A DNA stretch of 64,000 nucleotides from Candidatus Latescibacterota bacterium (GCA_965223905.1 CBDCXV010000009.1:736001-800000); one strand, 5' to 3'; positions 28,627-38,479 are shown, counted from the first letter of the stretch. The notes: generated by a model from the letters alone, not told the origin. Made by a program: numbers and translations.

Positions 28627-29877
28627 ATGACACGAGTGTCGCAAAGACTGAAACAGATTGCCGCCTGCGCCGCGGGAGCCTCGGCCCTGCTGGCGCTGCC
28701 CCGGTTGGCGGACCCGTCCCACGGAGAGGACTGGCCCCAGTGGCGGGGACCGAACCGGGACGGGATTTCCCCGGAGACAGGGATCCTGCGAGAGTGGCCG
28801 GCGGAAGGTCCCCCCGTGGTCTGGAGGGAGCCGGGAGGGGAGGGGTTCTCCGGCGTTTCGGTCGCCGGGGACCGCGCCTTCACCATGGTCGCCGCCGGCG
28901 AGGAGGAGTTCGCCCTGTGCCTGGAAGCGGCGACCGGGAAGCAGCTCTGGAAGCGCCGGCTCGACGTGAAGTTCACCGAAGGTAATGGGAACGGACCGCG
29001 CTCGACGCCGACCGTGGAAGGCGACAGGGTGTTCTTCCTGAGCTCGCAGGGAAAGCTGGTGGCGCTGAACGCCGGCAGCGGCGAAAACCTGTGGGCGTCG
29101 AACCTGCGCGAGGTTCTCGACAGCGGCCTCCCGCCCTGGGGATTCGCCGCCTCGCCGCTGATCGAGGAGGAGCTGCTGATCGTCCAGGGGGGCTCCGGAG
29201 GGTCCCATTGCATCGCCGCCTTCGACAAGGGGACGGGCGCGGTGGTCTGGACCTCCCTCGAGGACGGCGGCGACTACTCCTCGCCGATTGCGGTCACCGC
29301 GCGCGGGGCGAGGCAGGTGCTGTCGCTGACCGAGCACGCCCTGGTGTCGCTGGCGCCGGCCAGCGGGGCGCTCAACTGGCGCTACCCGTTCAAGGGGAAC
29401 ATCAACATCGCCACCCCCCTGATGGTGACGCAGGACCAGGTTTTCATCTCCGCGGCCTACGACAAGGGGGCCGCCCTCGTCGAGATGACCGGGGAGCCGG
29501 GCAGGCTCGGCGTCGAGGAGGTCTGGTTCCGCCGGGAGATGAAGAACTGGTTCAGCTCTTCGGTGCTGCACGACGGCCATCTCTACGGTTTCGACAACGC
29601 GATATTCAAGTGCATCTCCGCGACGACCGGGGAGAGGCGCTGGCGCCAGCGCGGCTTGAATCGCGGCTCGCTGATCCTCGCCGACGGACTCCTGATCGTC
29701 CTGGGTGAGGAGGGAAGGCTGGCCCTGGTCGAGGCGGCCCCCGACGCCTATCGCCCCAAGGCAGGGTTCCAGGTGGTGGAGGGGAAGTGCTGGACGGCCC
29801 CGTCGCTGGCGAACGGCCGGCTCTTCCTGCGCAACCAGGAGGAGATCGTCTGCCTCGACCTGTCGGCCGGCGGCTGA
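28627..29877 (+). CDS. PQQ-binding-like beta-propeller protein (BamB-like family)
   Basis: Signal peptide; 'DWPQWRGPNRDG','GPRSTP','WGFAASPL','YSSP','WTAP.LANGRLFLRN'. Confidence 0.9.
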   Translation: MTRVSQRLKQIAACAAGASALLALPRLADPSHGEDWPQWRGPNRDGISPETGILREWPAEGPPVVWREPGGEGFSGVSVAGDRAFTMVAAGEEEFALCLEAATGKQLWKRRLDVKFTEGNGNGPRSTPTVEGDRVFFLSSQGKLVALNAGSGENLWASNLREVLDSGLPPWGFAASPLIEEELLIVQGGSGGSHCIAAFDKGTGAVVWTSLEDGGDYSSPIAVTARGARQVLSLTEHALVSLAPASGALNWRYPFKGNINIATPLMVTQDQVFISAAYDKGAALVEMTGEPGRLGVEEVWFRREMKNWFSSSVLHDGHLYGFDNAIFKCISATTGERRWRQRGLNRGSLILADGLLIVLGEEGRLALVEAAPDAYRPKAGFQVVEGKCWTAPSLANGRLFLRNQEEIVCLDLSAGG

Positions 29878-30020
29878 GGCTGGGTTGCCCCCGGTCGTGC
29901 GCAGCCGCCGCCGATGGAATCCCGCTTGATCGTCGAGCCTGGCAGGGATAGTCTCCCGCGCCCGGGAGCCCCGTGAAGGTCTACCAACCCCGATCCGACC
30001 GGCACCCGGAGGCAGGAACC

Positions 30021-31916
30021 ATGACCCGAATCCAAGCGAATATCCCGTTCATCGAGGCGCCCGAATGGGCCCTGCTCGAGCGCAGCCTCATCGACCTGAT
30101 GGACGACTCGGTCGTCCCCGTGATGGAGCGCTACGTGCGCGGCGACGGCTCGGTGATGTGGCCGACCCGGGAGGATTTCACCGGCATCGACGGCCTCGAC
30201 GACGCCTACGAGAGCTTCCACAACTGGCCGCTCTTCTACCTGATGGGGGGAGGCGACCACCTGCTCGAGTACTCCCACCTCGCCTGGGAGGGGATCACCC
30301 GCCAGTTCAGCCGCTACGGCACCGGGCACGGACACCCGATGGTGGTCAAGGAATACGAGCAGGGGTACGACTGGATGCACCAGGGAGAGGGGTACGCCTT
30401 CTTCTACCACCTCTGCCTCGCGGACCCGGGGAACGAGCGCAACGCCGACAGGGCGAGGCGCTACGCCGGCTTCTACCTCAACGAGGATCCGGAGGCGCTC
30501 AACTACGACCCGGAAAAGAAGCTGATCAAATGCGCTCACAACGGCTCGATGGGGCCGGCGTTCCGCAACTTCGAGAAGCACTACACCGCCTACCGCTACG
30601 CCCAGTGGAAGCCGTGGCCCCTGCCGTTCCACGACCTGCCCGGCATCGACACGGTGGAGGACCTTCAGAATCCGGGCATGGAGGAGCTGATGGGGCGCAC
30701 CCTCGTCGAGCGCATGGGGCGCGGCGACGTCGCCACCAACCTCGGCGCCACCACCCTGGTCGCCAACGCCTACCTGTTCGGCGGCGAGGCCAAGTACCGC
30801 GACTGGGTGGTGGAATACACGGAAAGCTGGATGGAGCGCACCCGGGAGAACGGCGGCATCATCCCCGACAACGTCGGCCTGTCGGGAAAGATCGGCGAGT
30901 ACATCGACGGCAAGTGGTGGGGCGGCTACTACGGCTGGACCTGGCCGCACGGCTGGCACCTGATGGCCGACGCGGTGACCGCGGCGGCCGAGAACGCCGC
31001 GCTGCTCTGCCGCGATCCCGGCTACATGGAGTTCCCGCGCTCGCAGATCGACCTGCTGATGGAGAAGGGGGAGCGGCGCGGCCTCACCATGTACGCCCCC
31101 CATCACTATCACGACAAGGGATGGGACGGGTACTCGCCGATGCATCCGGCGCCGATGACGCACATCTGGCAGATGACGATGAGCGCCGCCGACGCGGAAC
31201 GGCTCTTGCAGCAGCGCAACCACGAGTCGGAGGAATGGTGCCGGATCCGCTCGCACGGCTCCAAGCACGGCGCCGGCCACGAGGCCGCCTGGTTCTCCTG
31301 GCTCAACGGGGAGTACCCCGGGTTTCCGCTCGACATCCTGCGCCACAACCTCGCCCAGGTGCGCCAGCGGCTGGCGTTCATGCGCGACGACCGGAAGGAC
31401 CCGGACACCTACGGCGACTGGTACCTGCAGGTGCGCAATCCCATCACCGTGGAAGGGCTGCTGCAGCTGACCATGGGCGGGCCCCTTTACCTGTACAACG
31501 GCGGACTGCAGGTGGCGCGGCTGCGCTACTTCGACTGCCACCGGCGCCGGCCCGGACTGCCGCGCGACGTCGCCGCCCTGGTCGAACGCCTCGAGGAGGA
31601 CCGCGTCGTCGTGCAGCTGGTGAACCTCAGCGCCACCGAGGAGCGGGAGATGCTGGTGCAGGCCGGGGTCTTCGGCGAGCACCGCTTCACCAGCGCCTCG
31701 TATCAGCAGCGCCGTCTCCTCGGTGCCGAAGAGGCCGCGGCCAGCCAGACGCACGAGGCCCAGTTCCGGGAGGTGGTCGAGGGGCAGCTGGAGGAGCGGA
31801 CGGACGAGGTGAACGACCGGCAGTTCACCGTCGGCCTCGCTCCCGGCGCCTGCATCCGTCTCGACCTGGGGATGGAGCGGTACGCCAGCGAGCCGTCGTA
31901 CTCGCTGCCTTGGTAG
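30021..31916 (+). CDS. Conserved uncharacterised Trp/Tyr-rich enzyme (possible alpha/alpha-toroid hydrolase or lyase)
   Basis: Long ORF with strong GC3 bias; 'DDAYESF.NWP','YDWMHQGEG','PDNVG..G','WWGG.YGW.WPHG'; function not assignable. Confidence 0.8.
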   Translation: MTRIQANIPFIEAPEWALLERSLIDLMDDSVVPVMERYVRGDGSVMWPTREDFTGIDGLDDAYESFHNWPLFYLMGGGDHLLEYSHLAWEGITRQFSRYGTGHGHPMVVKEYEQGYDWMHQGEGYAFFYHLCLADPGNERNADRARRYAGFYLNEDPEALNYDPEKKLIKCAHNGSMGPAFRNFEKHYTAYRYAQWKPWPLPFHDLPGIDTVEDLQNPGMEELMGRTLVERMGRGDVATNLGATTLVANAYLFGGEAKYRDWVVEYTESWMERTRENGGIIPDNVGLSGKIGEYIDGKWWGGYYGWTWPHGWHLMADAVTAAAENAALLCRDPGYMEFPRSQIDLLMEKGERRGLTMYAPHHYHDKGWDGYSPMHPAPMTHIWQMTMSAADAERLLQQRNHESEEWCRIRSHGSKHGAGHEAAWFSWLNGEYPGFPLDILRHNLAQVRQRLAFMRDDRKDPDTYGDWYLQVRNPITVEGLLQLTMGGPLYLYNGGLQVARLRYFDCHRRRPGLPRDVAALVERLEEDRVVVQLVNLSATEEREMLVQAGVFGEHRFTSASYQQRRLLGAEEAAASQTHEAQFREVVEGQLEERTDEVNDRQFTVGLAPGACIRLDLGMERYASEPSYSLPW

Positions 31917-32044
31917 CTGTCAGCAGGGAAGGGGATGCCCCCGACCATGGTGGGCTCGTTCGGACTAGTAGCTGGGATTGGAAGAGAAATTCAGCGGTGA
32001 GAGGGTAGTGGGCGAAGGAAGGGAGTTGAGGCAGGCACGGGTCT

Positions 32045-32855
32045 TCAGGCTTCGACATCGCTTTCGTTTGCGATGGCGTCTACTACCGGCGTAATCGTCT
32101 GGATAAGATCCCGCAGCACGTCAGCAATTTTTTCGGCGTAAGTTTCATCATCGAGCCTACCGCTCCCAACCTCTACCAAAATATCCTGGTCATTATAGAC
32201 TTGCCATCCCTCGGGAAGTCTTATTTTGTTTAAAATGTCTTGAAAGACAAAACTTTCTTCCTCTCCAGCCTTCCTATTATGTCTGAATAAGACATTAACC
32301 GTAACTTTCTCATTATCCGGTTCACTTGGGGGATACAAATCGGCTTCATAGTAGGTTGCATAACCGCTGGATCTTTTCCAAGGTTCACGCGAGAAATGGA
32401 ACCAATAGTAACGAAAGTCGCTATAGCTTCCGGCCCATCTGCTATGTCTTTCGGGCTGGAATTCCGGAGACAGGCCATCCATTGTCAGCTCCCCAACTTT
32501 TCGCAAAAAGTGCGTAACGTCGTCGTCGACGTTAGGATTCCTTCCACTATAATCCTGCGACCTGCTGCCAACTTTGACGACATCCATTCCGGGAACGGGG
32601 ATAATTACAGATGCCTGTAAGTATAGCGTATCTGCTTTGACGTCCCTGTAGGGGATCAATTGAACGCAGGTTATCAGGTTTTCTCCAGGGGCTTTTTGAT
32701 TTAGCCACAAGACTGCGGAGGCTACTTCCGGCGCGAATCTGTGGCTTACCAGAATGATGCGCTGATCGTGATTTAACGCATTGAGATTATCTTCTGCATT
32801 GAGGTGAGCCAGCAGGCGGCTCTCGGCTTCCGACTCTGGAATTTCCTTATAGTCA
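32045..32855 (-). pseudogene. 5'-truncated endonuclease NucS-like protein (C-terminal part), lower GC
   Basis: Frame open upstream of the called ORF (…LNHDQRIILVSHRFAPEVASAVLWL…ITCVQLIPY); no start codon, frame closed near 32866. Confidence 0.55.
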
Positions 32856-32863
32856 GCGCTCGT

Positions 32864-32908
32864 TTATCCGCTTGCCCGTAAATGCCTGAGCAGTTGCTGC
32901 CGTTTCAT
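32864..32908 (-). pseudogene. HicA toxin 5' stub
   Basis: MKRQQLLRHLRASG*; ATGA overlap with the hicB stop. Confidence 0.65.
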
Positions 32909-33114
32909 ACGGCGATCTGCTCTTCCACAAAATCGGGACCTGCAGCCGATTTCGCCTCCTGGCGGTTGAATTCGAGGGCTTCTCGAAGGGTCACCCGCAA
33001 AGTCTCAACGAGTTCCTGGTGGGTGCGTTCCTGACAGTTCACTCCGGGGATCTCTTCAATCCAGCCGATCCACCAGTCCCCTTCATTCTTTATTACAGCG
33101 GTGTACTCTGCCAT
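32905..33114 (-). CDS. hicB: Short HicB family antitoxin
   Basis: 'YTAVIK.EGDWWIGWIEEIPGVNCQERT..EL.E.LR.TL.EALE.NR'. Confidence 0.88.
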   Translation of the reverse strand: MAEYTAVIKNEGDWWIGWIEEIPGVNCQERTHQELVETLRVTLREALEFNRQEAKSAAGPDFVEEQIAV

Positions 33115-33435
33115 TCGTCTTCCTCCATTTCCTGATTGTCAGCCTGCCCGGGGTCCAGCCAAGCCGGGAGCGTACCCGTGGTTTTCCTCTCTCCCTCCAG
33201 ATACGAAACCTCAACGATCGCGGGGCCTTGGGAATCCTTCCGAGAGGTGGAGGAGTCCCCGCCTTTCTTGGCCCAAGGAAGTATAAGGGGGGCGTTTCGA
33301 GTGACAAGGTGCGGGAGGTCCATGCTTAGGGGTGATGAGACAGGTGCCCATTGATCTCTTTGTCAGCGATGAAGGTTTCTTCGATTGTATGTGCGCCACC
33401 CACACCTTCCCCCGGAAAACCCCTGAAGGAAAAAC

Positions 33436-34665
33436 ATGCGCAACCACCCGTTGGACGGAATCGAACGCGAGAACATTGCCATCACCGACATCGACGTCAT
33501 CCCCCTCTCCTACGTCGACCCGGCCGGCGACCTGTGGCACTGCGGCAACTACCAGGTCTGGAAGACCGACGGCGCCATCACCCGGATCTTCACGGATCAG
33601 GGGATCGTCGGCATCGGCGAGGGCTCCCCCTACGAGGGGCCGGAATACATCCGGGAGTACACCGAGCGGACGATCAAGCCGATGCTGCTCGGCAAGAACC
33701 CGTTCGATGTCGAGTTCCTCTGCAACCGCGGCAATTCCGACCGCCACAGCCGCGCCCCCTGGGCCGGGGTCGACTGCGCCTGCTGGGACATCATCGGCAA
33801 GGCCAGGGGGGTTCCGGTCAGGACGCTGCTGGCCACCGGGGACACGGGCGCCGTCGACGAGATCGGGATCTACGCCAGCGGCGGCGTCGAGCACGTCTGG
33901 CACGATGGCGGCGAGCAGTTCCTGATCGAGGAGGCGCTGAGATACAAGGAGCAGGGGTACGACGCCTTCAAGTTCCGCACCGGCACCGACTGGGAACGGA
34001 GCGGCATGACCTTCGACGCCTACGTCCCCATCCTGCGCCGCCTGCGCGAGGCCGTGGGGCCTGACTTCCGCCTGATGCACGAGGGGGTCGGCACCCTTCT
34101 CGGGTCCCTCGAGGCGGTGATCACCGAGTTCGCCCCGGTGCTGGAGGAGTTGGGCTTCTACTGGTTCGAGGAGGCGTTCGGCGGCACCAACAGCGAGCAC
34201 ATCGACCTCTTCGTCGAGCTCAACGAGGCGATGCCGACGGTGATGGTCTCGGGAGGGGAGCGCTTCCTCGAGCGCTTCGAGTCGCAGGTCTGGCTCGACC
34301 GCGGCGCCCTCGACATCATCCAGACCGACTGCAACGTCGCCGGCCTCACCGAGAACTGGTACATCGCGCGCATGGCCCATCTGCGCGGCAAGCTCGCCAT
34401 CCCTCACAACTGGCACGGCGGCGGCGGCACCATGGCCAACGCCCACTACGTCGCCGCCATCCCCAACCGCGACTACTGCGAGCTGAACCAGACCCGCAAC
34501 CCGCTGAAGGAGGAGATCTTCAAGGAGCCCCTGACCGTGGAGAACGGGGTCATGAAGCTGCCGGACAGGCCGGGCTTCGGGGTCGAGCTGATCGACGGCG
34601 TCGAGAAGAGATTCCCCTACGTACCGGGGTCGTACAGCAAGCCGAACGAGCGCCTCCCGGGATAG
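33436..34665 (+). CDS. Mandelate racemase/muconate lactonising enzyme (enolase superfamily)
   Basis: 'TDQGIVGIGE','AGVD.ACWDIIGK..G.PV..LL','FKFR','WFEE','GGER','PHNW','PGFGVE'. Confidence 0.93.
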   Translation: MRNHPLDGIERENIAITDIDVIPLSYVDPAGDLWHCGNYQVWKTDGAITRIFTDQGIVGIGEGSPYEGPEYIREYTERTIKPMLLGKNPFDVEFLCNRGNSDRHSRAPWAGVDCACWDIIGKARGVPVRTLLATGDTGAVDEIGIYASGGVEHVWHDGGEQFLIEEALRYKEQGYDAFKFRTGTDWERSGMTFDAYVPILRRLREAVGPDFRLMHEGVGTLLGSLEAVITEFAPVLEELGFYWFEEAFGGTNSEHIDLFVELNEAMPTVMVSGGERFLERFESQVWLDRGALDIIQTDCNVAGLTENWYIARMAHLRGKLAIPHNWHGGGGTMANAHYVAAIPNRDYCELNQTRNPLKEEIFKEPLTVENGVMKLPDRPGFGVELIDGVEKRFPYVPGSYSKPNERLPG

Positions 34666-34749
34666 GGAAGGGGGATGGCCGGGGCAGCCGGTCGACATCG
34701 ATCTGGGATTTGGGGAACCATCCTGGGTGTGGGCTGGGCTCTCAATGTC

Positions 34750-35030
34750 GAAATCCACCGCGACGAGAGACTCATCCCCCAAGGCGTGGAACTGCCGTCC
34801 CTCCGCCCCCGCTGCCCACGGATCTGGCCGGTTATTTCCGGCACGGTGGGGCGCAGTGCCGCGAGTCGTTACAACGGCGGCGTTCGATGCGACGCTGTTG
34901 TTGCCCGGTTCGCCGCCGGTCCTGCTTTTGCCCCTTGGTACTGAAAAACCCCCGCTGCCGCAGTGGCGTCGGGGGTTTGGCCCGTCCAGGTGGTTTGCCC
35001 GAGTGTGGGAGAGTCTGGGCGGTGGATTTC
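34750..35030. repeat. 281-bp intergenic segment bounded by 12-bp perfect inverted repeats (possible MITE)
   Basis: GAAATCCACCGC (34750-61) and GCGGTGGATTTC (35019-30). Confidence 0.4.
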
Positions 35031-35034
35031 CCTG

Positions 35035-35442
35035 CTAGCCGGCTTTATGAGTCAGCAGCGTCACACCCTCAAGCCGAGCTGCCTTCTGATCGAAGGTGTG
35101 CAGCGGGTGGGCGCCCGCCCGGTCGGCTGCCGCCAGGATCATCAGGTCGGAAAAACCAGCGTCACCCGCCCGGTAGCGGGAGGCCGCACGGCCCACATCG
35201 TCGGCTGCCTCGATTACGAGACCCTCGGTCGCTACCAGTTCTTCCAATTTCGTCGCAATCTGGTCACGGGAAAAGCCGTAGGCCCGTTCCAGCACCCAGA
35301 CAGTCTCGACGGTAACCTCGCGACAGACGTAGCCCGGACGGTCCACCGTGAGCGACTCCAGTAACGACCGGGCGGCCTCCGCCTGTTTGGCGTCGTCGCG
35401 TACCAGATAGCGGACGAGGACATTGGTATCGAGTCCGATCAT
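35035..35442 (-). CDS. vapC: VapC PIN-domain toxin
   Basis: 'MIGLDTNVLVRYL..DD..Q','VE.VWVLE..Y','FSD..I','TFD.KA'. Confidence 0.92.
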   Translation of the reverse strand: MIGLDTNVLVRYLVRDDAKQAEAARSLLESLTVDRPGYVCREVTVETVWVLERAYGFSRDQIATKLEELVATEGLVIEAADDVGRAASRYRAGDAGFSDLMILAAADRAGAHPLHTFDQKAARLEGVTLLTHKAG

Positions 35443-36440
35443 TCCTCACACGCCCCGTCGGCTATGGCCTGCTCCATTTCCTCTACAGTGACGGTGGGGC
35501 CGTCATGCCGGAGCGCACCAAACAGCCGACTGATGGGAGGCACGGGTGGATTTCGCACCTCGTCGTCGGGAATTTTTCCGGTAGAACCGTATTTGAGCCT
35601 ATCCATAACAGAATCGATTTGATCTTTTTCGTAAGAGAAAATTATTGTTTTTGAATCGTCGCCGAACATCCACTGCCGATAGTAAGACATTTCACCTTGT
35701 GTTTCGCCAGATGCAATCGCATCTGCGAATGCCAACGAAACCAAGTAGTCCAAGTCATGTTTTGTGTTTGCCAGGCCTTTCTCAAACGGACTATCTCGAC
35801 GTTGGCGGTCACAGGACACTGCAAGAAGCGATTTACAGTAATGCCATATAACCCAACTTTCATCCACGTCATCAGGATTTTTGACAACGTCCTTCAGCGC
35901 TAACCGAATTATATCTGGATCGTTGACGATGTTGTAACAAATTTGCACGATTTCCTCATCATGGCCTGGTTTGTTTTTGATCTTTTTCGCCATTTTTTGA
36001 TCCAATGGTTCACAGTCTGCGGTTGTCTGCAGTCGTTCAAGTATATCTTGACCCTCTCGTTTTTTATCTTCCTGTTCAATAATCGCTTTCAAATCGACAG
36101 GTTCCCACTCTGGATTATCTGCTATCATTTGCCGCATGCGTTTGGTTCTTTCATCATGCAAAGGACCGCCGTACGGACGGTTCTGTTCAATCTCGACCTT
36201 CAACATCTCGGACACATGGGCCCAAACCTCGATAGCGTCCGAACACGCCGTCAGCTTGCACTTTGATGCGGGCCATTGCGCGGAATTGGCAGTGCTGCAA
36301 AGCTCGTATGCTAAAGTGTCGATTAGCACGATACGACCGCCTTGTTCGCACATGTAACGAAACGGCGCACCATCCCTGTGCATGCCCTGAATGTAACTTT
36401 TGTCAATGATGATGCGTGGGTTCGTCGTGTGTTCGTTCAT
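35439..36440 (-). CDS. Low-GC PIN-like hypothetical protein fused to the C-terminus of an AbrB/MazE-type antitoxin
   Basis: Low-GC body ('IIIDKSY...HDLDYL..LAFADAIAS.E') and a GC-rich tail 'DDEVR..PV.PISRLFGALRHDGP.VT.EEME.AIADGACEE' coupled to vapC. Confidence 0.7.
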   Translation of the reverse strand: MNEHTTNPRIIIDKSYIQGMHRDGAPFRYMCEQGGRIVLIDTLAYELCSTANSAQWPASKCKLTACSDAIEVWAHVSEMLKVEIEQNRPYGGPLHDERTKRMRQMIADNPEWEPVDLKAIIEQEDKKREGQDILERLQTTADCEPLDQKMAKKIKNKPGHDEEIVQICYNIVNDPDIIRLALKDVVKNPDDVDESWVIWHYCKSLLAVSCDRQRRDSPFEKGLANTKHDLDYLVSLAFADAIASGETQGEMSYYRQWMFGDDSKTIIFSYEKDQIDSVMDRLKYGSTGKIPDDEVRNPPVPPISRLFGALRHDGPTVTVEEMEQAIADGACEE

Positions 36441-36489
36441 TGTCCTCTTTCCTTTTCACCAGTTTTCAGTTTTATCTGTGTCTATCCCT

Positions 36490-36760
36490 TCAGGTTTCGA
36501 CCAAGCTCCGCACTCCGAGGGCGTCAAAGACCGCGACCGCACGGTCAGCGGCAACGCTTCTAATGTACCCGGTCTGCGCCGCCTGCGCGAGGCCGTCCGA
36601 CGGCGCCCTTGACATCATCCAGACCGACTGCAACGTTACCGGCCTTATCGAAAACTGGTACATCGCTCGCATAGCCCATCAGCGCGGCAAGTTCGCCGCC
36701 ATCCCCAACCACGACTACTGCGAGCTGAACCAGACCCCACAACCCGCTGAGGAAGGGTAG
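36490..36760 (+). pseudogene. Collapsed, internally deleted copy of the enolase-superfamily gene at 33436-34665
   Basis: Three blocks match about 34033-34055, 34303-34398 and 34451-34513 with substitutions. Confidence 0.8.
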
Positions 36761-36867
36761 GGGGGCCGCTGGGAGTAACCCCTTTGGTTACGAAGCGGGC
36801 AGGTTTCGGTTTATTTTGCCCTGTGGTAGATGAACTACAAACGAAGCTATTCCAAGAAAGCATCGGG

Positions 36868-37124
36868 ATGAGTAATGACTCCGTCGTAAGTGCTCGAATC
36901 GACAGGGATACCAAGGCTCGAGCTACAGAGGCGCTGCAGGCCATGGGCATGTCGGTGTCCGATGCGATCCGCCTGCTGTTGCTGCGAGTGGCGGATGAGA
37001 AACGGCTGCCATTCACCGTACAGGTTCCTGATGCAGAAACCGTCGAAGCGATGAAAGAGTTGGACGAGGGTAAAGGCAGGCGTTTCGGCAGCGCCGAGGA
37101 ACTGTTCAAGACCTCGGCACTTGA
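36868..37124 (+). pseudogene. RelB/DinJ antitoxin with a 3' frameshift
   Basis: 'V.ARID..TK..A...L.AMGMSVSDAIRLLL.RVADEKRLPF.VQVP..ET..AM.EL'; expected DLG.* end (GACCTCGGCACTTGA) is out of frame. Confidence 0.8.
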
Positions 37125-37125
37125 G

Positions 37126-37170
37126 GTGACCCCGGTCCGATCCACGCGGTTCAAGCGCGACGTGAGAAGA
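37126..37170 (+). pseudogene. YafQ toxin 5' stub
   Basis: 'TPVRSTRFKRDVRR' directly after dinJ, then unrelated sequence. Confidence 0.6.
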
Positions 37171-37317
37171 CCAGGCCCTGGCGGGAACCGCCCCGTGTCG
37201 GCACCGGGGGGTTACAGGTCGGTCACTTCCTCGGATCGCGGGGGTTGCTGATCGCGGACCGCGAAAATACCGGAATGTTCGTCCCTCCAATCCGCCGCAC
37301 CGATGAGGCCAGCATTC

Positions 37318-37689
37318 CTACCTGCCCGCCGCCTCTTCAACGTATTCCTTCACGAGCAGCAGGTTTTCCATCGATCCCTCCAGCAACCGTTGCATAGGCG
37401 TCTGTTCGCCCAACGCCGCGTGCTGCTCACGGAGCCACTTGTTCTCGGTTTCCTCACTCAGGAACAACGCGGACAACGTCTTGCGGATGCGAAAGAGATG
37501 GGCGATCCGGTCCTTGGTGTCGCGTCCTTTGAGAGCGGTGCGTCCACTCAGCAAGTCCGACACATACGGCATTTCCGACCGTTCGTACCCGAGCAGCGGC
37601 ACAGCGTCTTCAGGATCCAGTTGCCAGGTTTCCAGGAGTTTGTTGATGAACTGGGCGGGGCCAGTCAACGTTTCTTTCGATTCTTGCAT
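37318..37689 (-). CDS. Xre/MbcA/ParS-type antitoxin, apparently orphan
   Basis: 'W.L...DA..LLG','RD.KDRI..L..I...L..LF......WLR.....L...TP...L..GS..NL..V..YV'; no intact RES toxin follows. Confidence 0.75.
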   Translation of the reverse strand: MQESKETLTGPAQFINKLLETWQLDPEDAVPLLGYERSEMPYVSDLLSGRTALKGRDTKDRIAHLFRIRKTLSALFLSEETENKWLREQHAALGEQTPMQRLLEGSMENLLLVKEYVEEAAGR

Positions 37690-37717
37690 CTGACCTGCTG
37701 ACCCCCGGTGCCCCACC

Positions 37718-38479
37718 TCAGCTGCGCCCGCCGCAGGCGACGATCGTCTGTCCGGTGATGAAGCTCGATTCCTCGGAGAGCAGGAACTTGACCGCGGCGG
37801 CCATCTCTTCGGGTGCCGCCATGCGCCCGAGCGGGGTGGCCGCGATCAGCTGCTCGACCATGTCGGGGTTGGCCGACCGCCCCATCTCGGTGTCGGTCAG
37901 CCCGGGAGCGAGGCAGTTGACGCGGATGTTGTGGGGGGCGAGCGCCTCGGAGCAGTGGCGGGTGAAGGCGACCACGGCCGCTTTGGTCGTCGCGTACGGG
38001 ATCATGTTCTTCTTCAGCAGCATCGCCGCCAGCGACGAGATGTTGACGATGCGTCCGTAGCCGCGGGCGATCATCGAGTCCTTGACCGCCCAGGTGGTCA
38101 GGAACGGTCCGTCGACGTTGACCTCGAACATCCTCTTCCAGTCCGAAAAGCCGACCTCCTCGTGCGGGGCGTTGTCGGCCATGCCGGCGTTGTTGACCAG
38201 CAGGTCGACAGGGCCGAGCCCGGACCCAACGGCCGCGACCATGCGCGCCACCTCCTCTTCCCGGGAGACGTCGGCCTGGACGATGATGCCCCTGGCGCCG
38301 GCGGCCTCTACCTGCTCCAGGGTTTCGCGTGCCGCAGCCTCGTTCCGCGCGTAATTGATCGCGACCGCGGCCCCGTGCTCGGCGAGCATGACGCAGACAG
38401 CCCTTCCGATGCCGCGCGAGCCCCCGGTCACCAGGGCGGTGCGGTTCGCAAACGGGAGGGCGGGGTTTTTCTCAGCCAT
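37718..38479 (-). CDS. SDR family oxidoreductase (FabG-like)
   Basis: TGGSRGIG, NNAG, NISS, YATTK, NCLAPG. Confidence 0.93.
   Translation of the reverse strand: MAEKNPALPFANRTALVTGGSRGIGRAVCVMLAEHGAAVAINYARNEAAARETLEQVEAAGARGIIVQADVSREEEVARMVAAVGSGLGPVDLLVNNAGMADNAPHEEVGFSDWKRMFEVNVDGPFLTTWAVKDSMIARGYGRIVNISSLAAMLLKKNMIPYATTKAAVVAFTRHCSEALAPHNIRVNCLAPGLTDTEMGRSANPDMVEQLIAATPLGRMAAPEEMAAAVKFLLSEESSFITGQTIVACGGRS

Noticed and set aside
36490-36760. Diversity-generating retroelement template/variable repeat pair with 34300-34510
   Set aside because: Differences are mostly C>T and G>A rather than adenine-specific, there are large deletions, and no reverse transcriptase is present.
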